Origin: Candidatus Pampinifervens sinense
GTDB taxonomy: Bacteria; Aquificota; Aquificia; Aquificales; Aquificaceae
NCBI GenBank assembly: GCA_037927135.1
Contig: JAXSPP010000002.1
Location: 165,155-229,154, forward strand
Direction: 5' to 3'
Length of the DNA: 64,000 nucleotides
In this document: positions 62,678 through 64,000 of the stretch, piece by piece
Position numbering within the stretch: position 1 is the first letter of the stretch
Layout: every line of letters begins with the position of its first letter
Made by a program: the position numbers and the translations under genes
The notes under the pieces: model-generated
Database searches by the model: none
Seen by the model: only the letters and a program-made list of their open reading frames with translations
Told to the model about the DNA's origin: nothing

Positions 62678-63800
62678 GCACCTCCCTCAATATCTCCACA
62701 GCCTCATCCACATGGCTTTCTTCTATTATGAGAGGTGGGACAAACCTCAAGACCCTTTCTGAAGTGCAGTTTATCACAAGGCCCCTCTCAAGGGCTTTTA
62801 GAACTATTTGAGAACAGTCTCTTTCTAATTCAAGACCAAGCATAAGCCCCTTTCCCCTCACCTTTCCAACCTTTAGCTCTTCAAGCCTCCTTTTAAAGTA
62901 GCTTCCTACCCTTTCTATTTGATCTAAAAGTTTTTTTACCCTCCTTACCACCACCTTGGCGCTTGCGCAGGCAAGAGGATTTCCCCCAAAGGTGGAGCCG
63001 TGGGAACCCGGTCCAAAAGCATCTGCCACCTCATCCCTTGCCAAGATGGCACCAATAGGCACACCGCCACCAAGGCCCTTGGCAAGGGTTATAATATCTG
63101 GCTCTATATTGTAATGCTGGTAGGCATAAAACTTTCCAGTTCTTCCTATGCCCGTTTGCACCTCATCCACTATCAAAAGTAATCCTTCCCTTCTGCAAAG
63201 CTCTTGAATCTTTTGCATAAACTCAAGGTCCGCTTCCCTTATGCCACCCTCACCCTGAATGACCTCAAGCATTATGCCCGCCGTATCCCTCTTTAAGGCT
63301 TTTAACACAGAGTCAAAGTTGTTTAGCTCTGCATAGTCAAAGCCGTCCAAAAGAGGTTCAAAGCCCCTTTGTATCTTCTCTTGGGCTGTGGCCGACATGG
63401 ACCCAAAGGTCCTCCCATGAAAGGAGTTATAAAAGGTGATTATCCTATACCTTTTCTCCCCCCTTTCATAAAAAAATTTTCTTACAAGCTTTATGGCACC
63501 TTCGTTGGCCTCCGCTCCACTGTTGCAAAAAAAGACCTTCCCAGAGGTCCAAAACTCCCCCACAAGCTCCCTTGCCAGCTCCTCCTGCCACGGGTTTTCA
63601 AAGAGGTTGGAGATGTGTAAAAGCTCTCTTGCCTGATTGCATATGGCCTCTGTTAGCTCTGGGTCCTTGTAGCCCAAGGCGTTTACCGCAATGCCCGCAA
63701 GCATATCAAGATACCTTTTCCCCTTATCGTCATAAAGATAAACGCCTTCTCCTCTTACAAACTTAACGGGAAGCCTTTTGTACGTGTTCATAAGGTGCAT
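62664..63800 (-). CDS. argD: Acetylornithine aminotransferase (class III)
   Basis: NSGAEANE, FHGRT, QGEGG, DEVQTG.GRTG, AKGLGGG, HGSTFGGNP. Confidence 0.92.
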   Translation of the reverse strand: MHLMNTYKRLPVKFVRGEGVYLYDDKGKRYLDMLAGIAVNALGYKDPELTEAICNQARELLHISNLFENPWQEELARELVGEFWTSGKVFFCNSGAEANEGAIKLVRKFFYERGEKRYRIITFYNSFHGRTFGSMSATAQEKIQRGFEPLLDGFDYAELNNFDSVLKALKRDTAGIMLEVIQGEGGIREADLEFMQKIQELCRREGLLLIVDEVQTGIGRTGKFYAYQHYNIEPDIITLAKGLGGGVPIGAILARDEVADAFGPGSHGSTFGGNPLACASAKVVVRRVKKLLDQIERVGSYFKRRLEELKVGKVRGKGLMLGLELERDCSQIVLKALERGLVINCTSERVLRFVPPLIIEESHVDEAVEILREVLTQA

Positions 63801-63881
63801 GGTTATAGTTTATCATGTTTCCAATACGCCGAGTGAGAAATTCCCTTTAAGCTAAACCTTCCATATCAATAAGAAGACAGC

Positions 63882-63904
63882 AGGGCTACTATAATAGTAG
63901 CCCT
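63882..63904. repeat. Perfect 11-1-11 inverted repeat containing TATAAT
   Basis: AGGGCTACTAT-A-ATAGTAGCCCT. Confidence 0.85.
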
Positions 63905-63927
63905 AAAAACCATCGGAGGTTTTTACC

Positions 63928-64000
63928 ATGGAAATTATACCACCTTACCTACGCATCTACCAACAAATCCTAAAAGACCTTGAAAATGCCTTGCCATTCC
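63928..64000 (+). CDS. Start of an unidentified ORF running off the window
   Basis: GGAGG SD at 63915-19, ATG 63928, open frame MEIIPPYLRIYQQILKDLENALPF. Confidence 0.55.
   Translation, partial: MEIIPPYLRIYQQILKDLENALPF

Overview
Gene-dense bacterial chromosomal window. Gene content, very short or overlapping intergenic spacers and lineage-typical proteins (divergent MetK, PspB-like phosphatase) suggest a thermophilic Aquificaceae member (Hydrogenobacter/Thermocrinis-like; this is inference). Most of it is shuffled housekeeping genes: a sigma-70 factor, truB, prfA, rpmE, alaS, metK, rpsP, birA, hisG, mtaB, hslU, nadC, glgA, ftsQAZ, tyrS, rsmH, rnhB, rplS, purA, hflX, hfq, ispD, purH, hisIE, accD, cysS, folD, argD and one tRNA-Ser(GGA). 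There are two metal-homeostasis modules. (i) A copper operon (27115-35956) in which cusC/cusB-like and cusA-like genes bracket a His-rich peptide, CopG, a NosL-like protein, an unannotated 37-aa membrane peptide and a CopB-type ATPase. (ii) A metal-uptake operon (42711-45742) preceded by an 88-aa leader ORF with a signal peptide, His-rich/CxxC segment and C-terminal RAPP motif. The RAPP codons can base-pair over 15-16 bp with the Shine-Dalgarno of the next gene. This candidate metal-sensing, ribosome-stalling translational switch is the most interesting signal in the window. Many genes appear leaderless or nearly so, with a -10 box 6-9 nt before the start codon. No CRISPR array, rRNA, prophage or complete mobile element was seen.
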